Of a stretch of DNA of 64,000 nucleotides, positions 48,841 through 55,857 are shown piece by piece. Below the pieces are notes generated by a model. The model was not told where the DNA came from and did no database searches. It worked only from the letters and a program-made list of their open reading frames with translations. Position 1 is the first letter of the stretch. Each line of letters opens with the position of its first letter. Origin of the DNA: an uncultured virus (IMG/VR IMGVR_UViG_3300027732_002873) (taxonomy: Duplodnaviria > Heunggongvirae > Uroviricota > Caudoviricetes); the IMG/VR virus record IMGVR_UViG_3300027732_002873, positions 1 through 64,000 of that record; one strand, 5' to 3'. The translations under genes were made by a program, and so were the position numbers.

Positions 48841-48928
48841 TGGCGGAAGCGGTGAGATTCGAACTCACGGAGCCTTTCGACCCGACAGTTTTCAAGACTG
48901 TTGCAATAGACCACTCTGCCACACTTCC
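48841..48928 (-). tRNA. tRNA-Ser(UGA)
   Basis: Long variable arm, CU-UGA-AA, CCA. Confidence 0.95.
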
Positions 48929-48934
48929 TTTATT

Positions 48935-49010
48935 TGGAGCGGCTAACCGGGTTCGAACCGGTGACATTCACGTTGGCAACGTGATGCTCTACCAACTGAG
49001 CTACAGCCGC
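48935..49010 (-). tRNA. tRNA-Gly(GCC)
   Basis: Cloverleaf, UU-GCC-AA, CCA. Confidence 0.95.
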
Positions 49011-49017
49011 ATTTTTT

Positions 49018-49091
49018 TGGCACCCGGGATAGGAATCGAACCTATACTAGCAGAGTCAAAGTCTGTTGTGCTGCCACTACACTACCCGGGA
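49018..49091 (-). tRNA. tRNA-Gln(UUG)
   Basis: Cloverleaf, CU-UUG-AC, CCA. Confidence 0.93.
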
Positions 49092-49100
49092 ATAAAAAGG

Positions 49101-49246
49101 TTTTCAGGAACTAGTCTTTGTACTATAGACTAGCGTGTCTCGTATAGGCAAGTTTATACACCCATCAATCATACTATAGTGTCATCACAGTTAACCCCAC
49201 TGTGACTAGATTGACAGGGACTCGAACCCATCGTCTATCCCGAAAC
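49101..49246 (-). ncRNA. tRNA-like/Y-RNA-like structured RNA candidate
   Basis: UUUCGGGA/UCCUGAAA closing stem, T-arm GGG-UUCGAGU-CCC near the 5' end, further hairpins; no anticodon arm. Confidence 0.55.
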
Positions 49247-49247
49247 T

Positions 49248-49324
49248 TGGTAGCCTCACTCTGACTCGAACAGAGGACCTATGCGTTATCAACACATTGC
49301 TCTAACCAACTGAGCTATGAGGCT
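49248..49324 (-). tRNA. tRNA-Ile(GAU)
   Basis: Cloverleaf, UU-GAU-AA, CCA. Confidence 0.93.
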
Positions 49325-49328
49325 AAAA

Positions 49329-49403
49329 TGGTACTCGATAGCGGAGTTGAACCGCTCTTACCTGGTTGAAAACCAGATGTCCTAACCGATAGACGAATCG
49401 AGT
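49329..49403 (-). tRNA. tRNA-Glu(UUC), second divergent copy
   Basis: Cloverleaf, UU-UUC-AA, CCA. Confidence 0.9.
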
Positions 49404-49409
49404 AAATTT

Positions 49410-49485
49410 TGGTGCCACAAACTGGACTTGAACCAGTAACACAAGAATTTTCAATCCTCTGCTCTACCATTGGAGCTACTGCGGC
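49410..49485 (-). tRNA. tRNA-Phe(GAA)
   Basis: Cloverleaf, UU-GAA-AA, CCA. Confidence 0.93.
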
Positions 49486-49494
49486 AAATTTGAT

Positions 49495-49570
49495 TGGGGA
49501 GTCGTACGGGAATCGAACCCGTATTAACGGAATCACAATCCGTGGTGTTAACCGTTACACTAACAACTCC
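49495..49570 (-). tRNA. tRNA-His(GUG)
   Basis: G-1:C73, UU-GUG-AU, CCA. Confidence 0.93.
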
Positions 49571-49571
49571 A

Positions 49572-49646
49572 TGGTGGTGATAGTTAGATTTGAACTAACG
49601 ACCGGCCGCGTATGAAGCGGATGCACTACCACTGTGCTATATCACC
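49572..49646 (-). tRNA. tRNA-Met(CAU), probably elongator
   Basis: Paired 1:72, UU-CAU-AC, CCA. Confidence 0.88.
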
Positions 49647-49718
49647 ATATAGAAACACACTTAAAACTGCTGTTAAACCCTTGCAGAGGCATGCCTAGTT
49701 AAAAAATGTGTTTCTATA
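49647..49718 (-). ncRNA. conserved-stem/variable-loop hairpin RNA H3
   Basis: AUAGAAACACAUU / AGUGUGUUUCUAU, 43-nt loop; fills exactly the spacer between tRNA-Lys and tRNA-Met. Confidence 0.6.
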
Positions 49719-49794
49719 TGGTGGGACCAGCGAGATTCGAACTCGCGACCAACGGATTAAAAGTCCGCTGCTCTACCGGCTGAGCTATAGTCCC
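49719..49794 (-). tRNA. tRNA-Lys(UUU)
   Basis: Cloverleaf, CU-UUU-AA, CCA. Confidence 0.95.
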
Positions 49795-49905
49795 ATATGA
49801 TCCATGCTCCAAGAGCGTGGATGGATTTGTAAAAATTTTCTTTTACGTGCCATCCATGACCATACGGGTCAAAGATGACACTATCGTTTCGCCGAACGTT
49901 TCATG

Positions 49906-51156
49906 TCATTTTTCCTTATCTAAAATTAACGGGATACCAAATGTATTCTCGAACGATTCGTTTCTAATCTTATCGTATGTTTGAGTAAACTCTATAAAGT
50001 TCTTCTCATCGAGCGGCCTAGAAACATTCAACATCTTCACCACCTTCGGACGTAAATTCAGCAATTCATTTCTAAATATTGCAAAATTAGGACAGTCTAA
50101 TATATCTACTGCTAAATCAATTTCACGTAACATACGTTCTTTGAGATGTGCAGGTGCAGATGTAAAACGAAGACTTTGCACTAATATAGTATAACATTTA
50201 ATCAATATGTTATTATTTTCACGATATAGTCTCATCAAAAATAATGCCAGATTAGATACATCTAACAAAACATAAGCTGAAATTGCAACATTTATCGAGC
50301 ATAATATTGGCTTTGGCATAGAATTGAATGTTAATACATTTTTTTCAATTGTGTCCCACTTTGTACCGTGTCTAATGTATTCAGCTGTTTTACCAACGCC
50401 GTCGATGCTCATGGTAAATTCTACTTTAGGGAATTTCATTAAACGATCTACAAACAGTTTATTATATACACTTGTATTTGTAAATAATTCTAATTCAACT
50501 TGCTCGTTAAATTTGTGTTCAATTAAAAAATCAAGATAATCATAATAACCTTTGATTAGAAATGGTTCCCCGCCAGTAAAACATACTTTACGCAATTCAC
50601 TTAGTAATTCGATATTCTTTAAACCTTGAATATTATCATCAGTAATTTTTAACACGCTGTCGTCAGTGTCTTCGAAAAAGATATTATCGGGATTATGAAT
50701 ACCATTACTGGCTAAATTGTATTTTTGTTTTTCTTTTGCAATTTCAGAACTCGATGTTTCGTCACACATTCTGCATTTCATATTGCACAAATTACTAAAT
50801 CTCAATTCTATTCGTTTAGGCTTTGTGGGAGTATCAACAGTTATATCGTCAAACCATGGTTGATCTTCTAGATAGGGCTCTTCACCTATGTTCCAGTAAC
50901 GCCAAGAAGCACCCCTGGTACTTTTGAGACCTAATCCTTCTTTCGTTTCGCAATTTTCGCATTCTTTTGGGCGTATGCCATTAATCATTTTTTGTTTAAT
51001 GTCTACTAACCACTCGCTGTTTATATACTCTTCCATGGTCATGTTCATGAGACCGTTTCTTATGATATGGCACGGACTTGGAGAGTTGATATGAAAATAC
51101 ATTGCAGTCCATGGATTTGGACATATAACAGTTTGAGAGAATTTGGTTTTTGACAT
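49906..51156 (-). CDS. radical SAM protein with N-terminal Twitch/SPASM-like domain
   Basis: CPNPW...PC...CENC; CNMKCRMC; TGGEPF; SIDG. Confidence 0.9.
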   Translation of the reverse strand: MSKTKFSQTVICPNPWTAMYFHINSPSPCHIIRNGLMNMTMEEYINSEWLVDIKQKMINGIRPKECENCETKEGLGLKSTRGASWRYWNIGEEPYLEDQPWFDDITVDTPTKPKRIELRFSNLCNMKCRMCDETSSSEIAKEKQKYNLASNGIHNPDNIFFEDTDDSVLKITDDNIQGLKNIELLSELRKVCFTGGEPFLIKGYYDYLDFLIEHKFNEQVELELFTNTSVYNKLFVDRLMKFPKVEFTMSIDGVGKTAEYIRHGTKWDTIEKNVLTFNSMPKPILCSINVAISAYVLLDVSNLALFLMRLYRENNNILIKCYTILVQSLRFTSAPAHLKERMLREIDLAVDILDCPNFAIFRNELLNLRPKVVKMLNVSRPLDEKNFIEFTQTYDKIRNESFENTFGIPLILDKEK

Positions 51157-51189
51157 AGTCTATTATTTAGTACACTGGCATTACTTATT

Positions 51190-51263
51190 TGGCGTACCCA
51201 CTAGGACTCGAACCTAGACTGACGGTTTTGGAGACCGCGATGCTGCCATTACACTATGGATAC
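51190..51263 (-). tRNA. tRNA-Trp(CCA)
   Basis: Cloverleaf, CU-CCA-AA, CCA. Confidence 0.93.
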
Positions 51264-51271
51264 GAATTGAA

Positions 51272-51490
51272 TTTGTAAGTAGTGCTACCACGTTATCAGC
51301 ACCATTCACCCGATTATACTAGTCCGGACGGGAGTCGGTACGTCACTTGGGATTCATCCAGCTGATACGCCATAATGTATACCGATTACCAACGAAGGCG
51401 ATCAGTCGGGCATCGAACCCGCAACCTTTTACTAGACAGTACCTTCGAAGAATACTGAACAGCGTGACTTCACTTGCTGACACTTACAAA
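51272..51490 (-). ncRNA. candidate structured ncRNA (about 220 nt)
   Basis: UUUGUAAGU/ACUUACAAA closing stem, GUCAC/GUGAC pairing, T-arm-like CGGG-UUCGAUG-CCCG; between tRNA-Asp and tRNA-Trp. Confidence 0.65.
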
Positions 51491-51493
51491 ACT

Positions 51494-51568
51494 TGGCGAT
51501 GCGTGGGAGAGTCGAACTCCCGTCTTCGGATAGACAATCCGAGATAATAACCGTTATATGAACGCACC
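51494..51568 (-). tRNA. tRNA-Asp(GUC), divergent copy with U37
   Basis: Cloverleaf, loop UU-GUC-UA, CCA. Confidence 0.88.
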
Positions 51569-51574
51569 TAAATT

Positions 51575-51659
51575 TGGTGGAGATTACTGGGATCGAACCA
51601 GTCGTGCCCTAAGGCGGCGGATTTACAGTCCACTGCATCACCATTGATGCTTCATCTCC
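51575..51659 (-). tRNA. tRNA-Tyr(GUA)
   Basis: Variable arm, CU-GUA-AA, CCA. Confidence 0.93.
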
Positions 51660-51660
51660 A

Positions 51661-51715
51661 TTAAACATACTGTCTGCGACATTTTAGTCCAGGCCAGATC
51701 AATATGTGTATTAAA
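51661..51715 (-). ncRNA. conserved-stem/variable-loop hairpin RNA H4
   Basis: ACAUAUU / AGUAUGU, 29-nt loop; abuts tRNA-Tyr 5' end. Confidence 0.5.
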
Positions 51716-51744
51716 ATAATAAATATATTAAACTAATAATTTAT

Positions 51745-52074
51745 ATGAATGAGATATTCACCGAACTTAACGAAATATTTAAAAGGAGCCCTGCTCGTTT
51801 TTTAAAAACATATTTTCGTGCTAACATATCTCCAATATCAAATTCTACAATTAAAGTAGAGATATCATCTACTTTAGATTTTTTTGGAGATCGAGTGGTA
51901 AATCCATTCCCTAACTATCAAGAAGACTATCAAAAATTAATAGAAAAATGGCACGCCACTGGCATTGCAATAGGTTCTATAGAGTACTACTTAACTGATA
52001 AAAAACTTAATTATTCTAAAGAAATTTTTGTCGTCGACGATGAAATTAATGCGAGGTTCATAATCAATGTATAA
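51745..52074 (+). CDS. hypothetical protein
   Basis: 109-aa ORF antisense to the tRNA array. Confidence 0.6.
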   Translation: MNEIFTELNEIFKRSPARFLKTYFRANISPISNSTIKVEISSTLDFFGDRVVNPFPNYQEDYQKLIEKWHATGIAIGSIEYYLTDKKLNYSKEIFVVDDEINARFIINV

Positions 52075-52660
52075 TTTTATTAAACAAGATACATTTAAAA
52101 AATGTCAACGATCCTTTGATGTTCACAATCAGCTTGACGGTGAATTTATGAATTTAATAAAAAACACACACGATGACTTTATTTCTCACGAAAAGTTAGA
52201 TATAAACAGTTTTGTTATTACCGACGAATCAGAGATAAAATTAATTCATTCAAGTGCTAATCACGAATATGAATTACCTAAGTTTGCATGGAAAACTAAT
52301 ACTCAGGTAATAGCACCTATATTAATCTTGTGTACGCCAAAAAGAAATAACGATATGCACTCAATGATGCAAATTGGCAGGTTACAAACTAAACTAGGCA
52401 TGCTAGCAATTGAACAAGGATATTTAACTGGCTTCTGCTGTAGTTTCAAGATTCATGCAATGTCAGCTTGGGATACTTTAAAAAAGTATATTCAAATTGA
52501 CGAAGCTTCGGGTCAACTGATTGCTCCAATAACATTATCTATAGGAAAGCCATTTGATGCCACAAAACCATATAACTGGTCTCACATGCATTATAAGTTT
52601 CACGGGCACCATTATAGAACCGATTATACTAATATTACAGTAACATATCCCGAAGAATAA
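52067..52660 (+). CDS. nitroreductase-like protein (divergent)
   Basis: CQRSFD, N.QV.AP, G..TGFC.. and LSIG motifs. Confidence 0.6.
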   Translation: MYNFIKQDTFKKCQRSFDVHNQLDGEFMNLIKNTHDDFISHEKLDINSFVITDESEIKLIHSSANHEYELPKFAWKTNTQVIAPILILCTPKRNNDMHSMMQIGRLQTKLGMLAIEQGYLTGFCCSFKIHAMSAWDTLKKYIQIDEASGQLIAPITLSIGKPFDATKPYNWSHMHYKFHGHHYRTDYTNITVTYPEE

Positions 52661-52748
52661 TTTAAACACACTCTTTGGAATGTGTGTATTAAAGCATACT
52701 AAGGCCAATGTAGTGGACCATCCTTAATTTAGTAATATGCTTTAATAC
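52661..52748 (-). ncRNA. tandem hairpin RNAs H6 (33-nt loop) and H5 (6-nt loop)
   Basis: GUAUUAAAGCAUAUU / AGUAUGCUUUAAUAC followed by ACACAUU-CCAAAG-AGUGUGU. Confidence 0.55.
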
Positions 52749-52872
52749 GATCTAATTTTTAGTCCCACACAAGGGATTCCATCCTAGTCGCCGCCCGTTT
52801 ACATCAATGTTTATAGTGCGATGTCAGGACCTCGTTTCCTGGGCATTTCTGCTCTTATTACACACTCTGCGA

Positions 52873-53037
52873 TCAACGATGCTTGCTGACAAACATCTCC
52901 CGCTTTTTCAAAGCTAAGTGCATGACTTCAGCACGTTTAAATTTGTTAAGAATCAACTGTTTAGTTTCTTCTCGAGTTAACGTATGCTGTCGAATCCACT
53001 CAGCTTCTTTTTGTTTCTTAATATCTACGTCTGTCAT
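52873..53037 (-). CDS. small basic hypothetical protein (54 aa)
   Basis: MTDVDIKKQKEAEWIRQH...; AAGGA SD; first gene after the attenuator. Confidence 0.6.
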   Translation of the reverse strand: MTDVDIKKQKEAEWIRQHTLTREETKQLILNKFKRAEVMHLALKKREMFVSKHR

Positions 53038-53054
53038 AATTCCTTTTCGCAAAC

Positions 53055-53083
53055 AAAAAACCCTAGGGTTTTTAAGCCTAGGG
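53055..53083 (-). terminator. intrinsic terminator (attenuator)
   Basis: CCCUAGG-9 nt-CCUAGGG-UUUUUU. Confidence 0.85.
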
Positions 53084-53109
53084 TCCTTGGAAGTTAAAAT
53101 GTAATCTTA

Positions 53110-53235
53110 TTACACTTTGGTCTCCAGGACCCCGATACGCTCTTGTGAATCATCATAGCTAATAAACCAAATAGACGGCACTAAGCCCATCTGCTTGGAT
53201 GTATTAAAATGTTTATGATTCACAATCGTTTGCAT
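53110..53235 (-). CDS. putative attenuator leader peptide (41 aa)
   Basis: MQTIVNHKHFNTSKQMGLVPSIWFISYDDSQERIGVLETKV; AGGA SD; 3' end holds the antiterminator strand GGGGUCCUGGA. Confidence 0.7.
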   Translation of the reverse strand: MQTIVNHKHFNTSKQMGLVPSIWFISYDDSQERIGVLETKV

Positions 53236-53284
53236 ATCTTTTCCTAAAATTTCTTTCTTAACGCTTTCTTTAGCGTATGTGTAT

Positions 53285-53313
53285 ATTATACATTTATTTA
53301 TCTTTTATGTCAA
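53285..53313 (-). promoter_or_regulatory. sigma70 promoter of the leader/tRNA operon
   Basis: TTGACA-17 nt-TATAAT. Confidence 0.88.
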
Positions 53314-53343
53314 TTACTTTTGAGTAAACATAAAAACTAATTT

Positions 53344-53419
53344 TGGTGCCCCCACGATGATTCGAACACCGGACCTACTGATTACAAATCAGTTGCTCTA
53401 CCAGCTGAGCTATAAGGGC
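53344..53419 (-). tRNA. tRNA-Thr(UGU)
   Basis: Cloverleaf, UU-UGU-AA, CCA; own TTGACA-17-TACAAT promoter at 53439-53467. Confidence 0.95.
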
Positions 53420-53479
53420 TTTTGTTTAACTTGTGTCTATTGTACTGTATTTACAATTTTGTGTCAATATATTTTTCTT

Positions 53480-54895
53480 TTATATGTCCAATCCCGGCAC
53501 ATGTTTCTTTAAAAGTTCTGCAATATCAGACAATGTATGTTTCCAGTTTAGATTTCTAGACTGATCCATTAGATTCATTACTTGCACAAAAGTTTCCAAA
53601 TTTGATTCCGTGTTTGGTGTAGATGTTGTTGGGTTGTCACGAAAATGCTTTATTTGTTGTTGAACGAAATTTTCATATCCTCGGATAGATTCACATTCTT
53701 CGGATTCTAAAAATTTAGTAAGCACTGAAATTACTTCTTCTTTAGCAGAATTAGGTAAATTCGACACATTCATCCATCCCGGTCTAGTTACAAATCTCAA
53801 TGACATCGAAGCACCTATCTGTTTTGCTAACTTTGCAACGCGAATTACACCATAAACATTGGCCAAGTGACAAACTATGCTTATGTATTTAATTTTTATG
53901 TTGGCTTCTTGAATTCGAGTTATGTTATCATATAACTTGTCAAAATTTCCAGGATTTCGAACCACATTATAGCGGTCACCAGTGTCGTCGACGCTGACCC
54001 TCAATTCAACTTCTTTAAAAAATTTCCATTTGTTAATTATGTTTGAATTGACAACTGTCAAGTTTGTGTCGTAACACAGCATAATATTTTTAGCAAAATC
54101 GTTTTCAATTAGATAAGTTAAGTGTTCTTCCATTGCTGGTACCAGCAAGGGCTCTCCGCCTGTAAAGTAAATATGCTGTAACTGGGGCGCAATTTTTTTA
54201 AACTGATTTTTCCACGATTCAGTTTCCCACCAGTTTTCTTCATTTTGCAATTTCAATTTGCCTAACTGATTCTTTTCAAGAGAATAAAATTTAGTTTTAT
54301 CTTTCCAGTACTGAGTATTTCCAGTGACTGGATCTATTCCACCCAATTGAAATTTAACTGATCGTCCGCTGGCTTCAGTTTTTGAAAATTTTCTAGACAG
54401 CAGATCCCAGTCTTCATACCACAGACTACTATTTCCTGGATCACACATAATGCACTTGAGGTTACACAGATTACCAAATCTTATATCTAAATTAATTAAC
54501 TTAGTAGTGTCGACATCAACGGAGCCATCATCGTTTGTTACATCAAATGCTTCACCGGCTTTGACATAGTCAAGTTTATTTTGAGATAATCTGATAAACT
54601 TTTTACGACGACTCGTATCATTGCTGTAATTTTCCCAATTATAGCAATTACTACATCGTTGAGGTTTAATGTTATTACTTAAATCTAACCTGTGTTGTTT
54701 GTGTATTTCGCTGTTCATTGCCGTGATGATTGAATGTGTTTTTACATTCATTGGAGTTCCGTTGGCCTCTCTGGTTAGGCCGCCGTCAGAAGACAAACAG
54801 CAAACTCTTAAATCGCCTTGCATATCAATCTGAATCTGATTATATACTTCTGGACAAAAACTTTCGTTGCTAAAATTATTTCCTTTTATAGTCAT
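53480..54895 (-). CDS. radical SAM protein with N-terminal Twitch/SPASM-like domain
   Basis: FCP...VCC...CSNC; CNLKCIMC; TGGEP; CTAAATA-5 nt-ATG. Confidence 0.9.
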   Translation of the reverse strand: MTIKGNNFSNESFCPEVYNQIQIDMQGDLRVCCLSSDGGLTREANGTPMNVKTHSIITAMNSEIHKQHRLDLSNNIKPQRCSNCYNWENYSNDTSRRKKFIRLSQNKLDYVKAGEAFDVTNDDGSVDVDTTKLINLDIRFGNLCNLKCIMCDPGNSSLWYEDWDLLSRKFSKTEASGRSVKFQLGGIDPVTGNTQYWKDKTKFYSLEKNQLGKLKLQNEENWWETESWKNQFKKIAPQLQHIYFTGGEPLLVPAMEEHLTYLIENDFAKNIMLCYDTNLTVVNSNIINKWKFFKEVELRVSVDDTGDRYNVVRNPGNFDKLYDNITRIQEANIKIKYISIVCHLANVYGVIRVAKLAKQIGASMSLRFVTRPGWMNVSNLPNSAKEEVISVLTKFLESEECESIRGYENFVQQQIKHFRDNPTTSTPNTESNLETFVQVMNLMDQSRNLNWKHTLSDIAELLKKHVPGLDI

Positions 54896-54945
54896 GTTGA
54901 TATTTAGCGATTAAAATTAAGAATCTGCATGATACAAGTTTTGTT

Positions 54946-55020
54946 TGGTCCGGCCTACAGGAATCGAACCCATATTCACGGTGTAGAAGACCGCTGTATT
55001 ATCCATTATACTAAGGCCGG
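54946..55020 (-). tRNA. tRNA-Arg(UCU)
   Basis: Cloverleaf, CU-UCU-AC, CCA. Confidence 0.93.
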
Positions 55021-55027
55021 TTGTTTA

Positions 55028-55113
55028 TGGTGCGAGTACCCGGGGTCGAACCGGGATGCCATTACAGCGAGAGATTTTAAGTCTCTTGAGTCTACCAATT
55101 TCTCCATACTCGC
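55028..55113 (-). tRNA. tRNA-Leu(UAA)
   Basis: Long variable arm, CU-UAA-AA, CCA. Confidence 0.95.
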
Positions 55114-55119
55114 AAATTC

Positions 55120-55196
55120 TGGTGGGACTCCTGTGATTCGAACACAGCACCAATGGATTATGAGTCCACTGCTCTAACCTAATGAGCTAGAGTCCC
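55120..55196 (-). tRNA. tRNA-Ile2(CAU), lysidine type (probable)
   Basis: GGUUAGAGCAG..GACUCAUAAUC resembles ileX-type tRNA; directly downstream of tilS. Confidence 0.85.
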
Positions 55197-55242
55197 TAAA
55201 TAATTATATACTACTTTTATTTATGTAGCAATTATAACAGGT

Positions 55243-55857
55243 TTATATATTTGTGTCAATGCTTTCATAAATTTCTTTTACTTTCCTTGCTACAACTTTT
55301 GCCAAGCCAGGATTGACATGAACAGCATGTGGCACGAGTTCATGACGAACATAATTACGCATGAATTTTGTATCCTTGTTGCTTTCATCATTGACCCAAG
55401 GTACTTGATTACGATTAGCCCAGTCAATTAGTTCCTCTTTAGGTGTAAGTAAAAAAGGTCTAACAACTTTATTTCTACGATAAGGAATTATTTTAGCAGT
55501 TCCATGCATCATACTCCAAAGATAAGTTTCTACACAATCATCTAAATGATGTGCTGTAATAACACCTTGGCCTAGTGTATCTAACCAACTATAGCGTTGA
55601 TTGCGATAAAACTCTTCTAGGCTTTCTATCTTAACTTTAGGGCTACTAATACGTCCCAATGCCAAGGGCCATTTACGATGCACACAATATTGCGATACTA
55701 ATTCAAATCCTAGTTGACTTGCCGGTGTGCCGTGATGAAAGAACGCACATTTAATTTCTCTACTACGGCTAATAAAGTCTGCCACAGCCATGCTGTCAAC
55801 ACCGCCGCTGACAGCAATAACTGGTTGCTGGGGCAGTTCACCTAATAAGTTAATCAT
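55243..55857 (-). CDS. tilS: tRNA(Ile)-lysidine synthase (PP-loop domain only)
   Basis: AVSGGVDS, RY, TAHHLDD..ET, RPFL, DESN and RN.VRH motifs. Confidence 0.92.
   Translation of the reverse strand: MINLLGELPQQPVIAVSGGVDSMAVADFISRSREIKCAFFHHGTPASQLGFELVSQYCVHRKWPLALGRISSPKVKIESLEEFYRNQRYSWLDTLGQGVITAHHLDDCVETYLWSMMHGTAKIIPYRRNKVVRPFLLTPKEELIDWANRNQVPWVNDESNKDTKFMRNYVRHELVPHAVHVNPGLAKVVARKVKEIYESIDTNI

Noticed and set aside
48841..48928. Possible suppressor or selenocysteine tRNA, or stop-codon reassignment
   Set aside because: Anticodon UGA is ordinary Ser and UAG/UAA anticodons are Leu. No CUA, UUA or UCA anticodon was found, and genes read intact in the standard code.
23459..52748. Hairpin family read as a CRISPR array or as MITEs
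   Set aside because: The elements are dispersed, have no identical direct repeats of constant spacing, no cas or transposase gene and no target-site duplication at each copy.
47875..54895. Radical SAM genes as tRNA-modifying enzymes because they sit among tRNAs
   Set aside because: They lack MiaB/RlmN/TYW-type features and carry their own TAAATA motif like other inserted cassettes, so location alone is not evidence.
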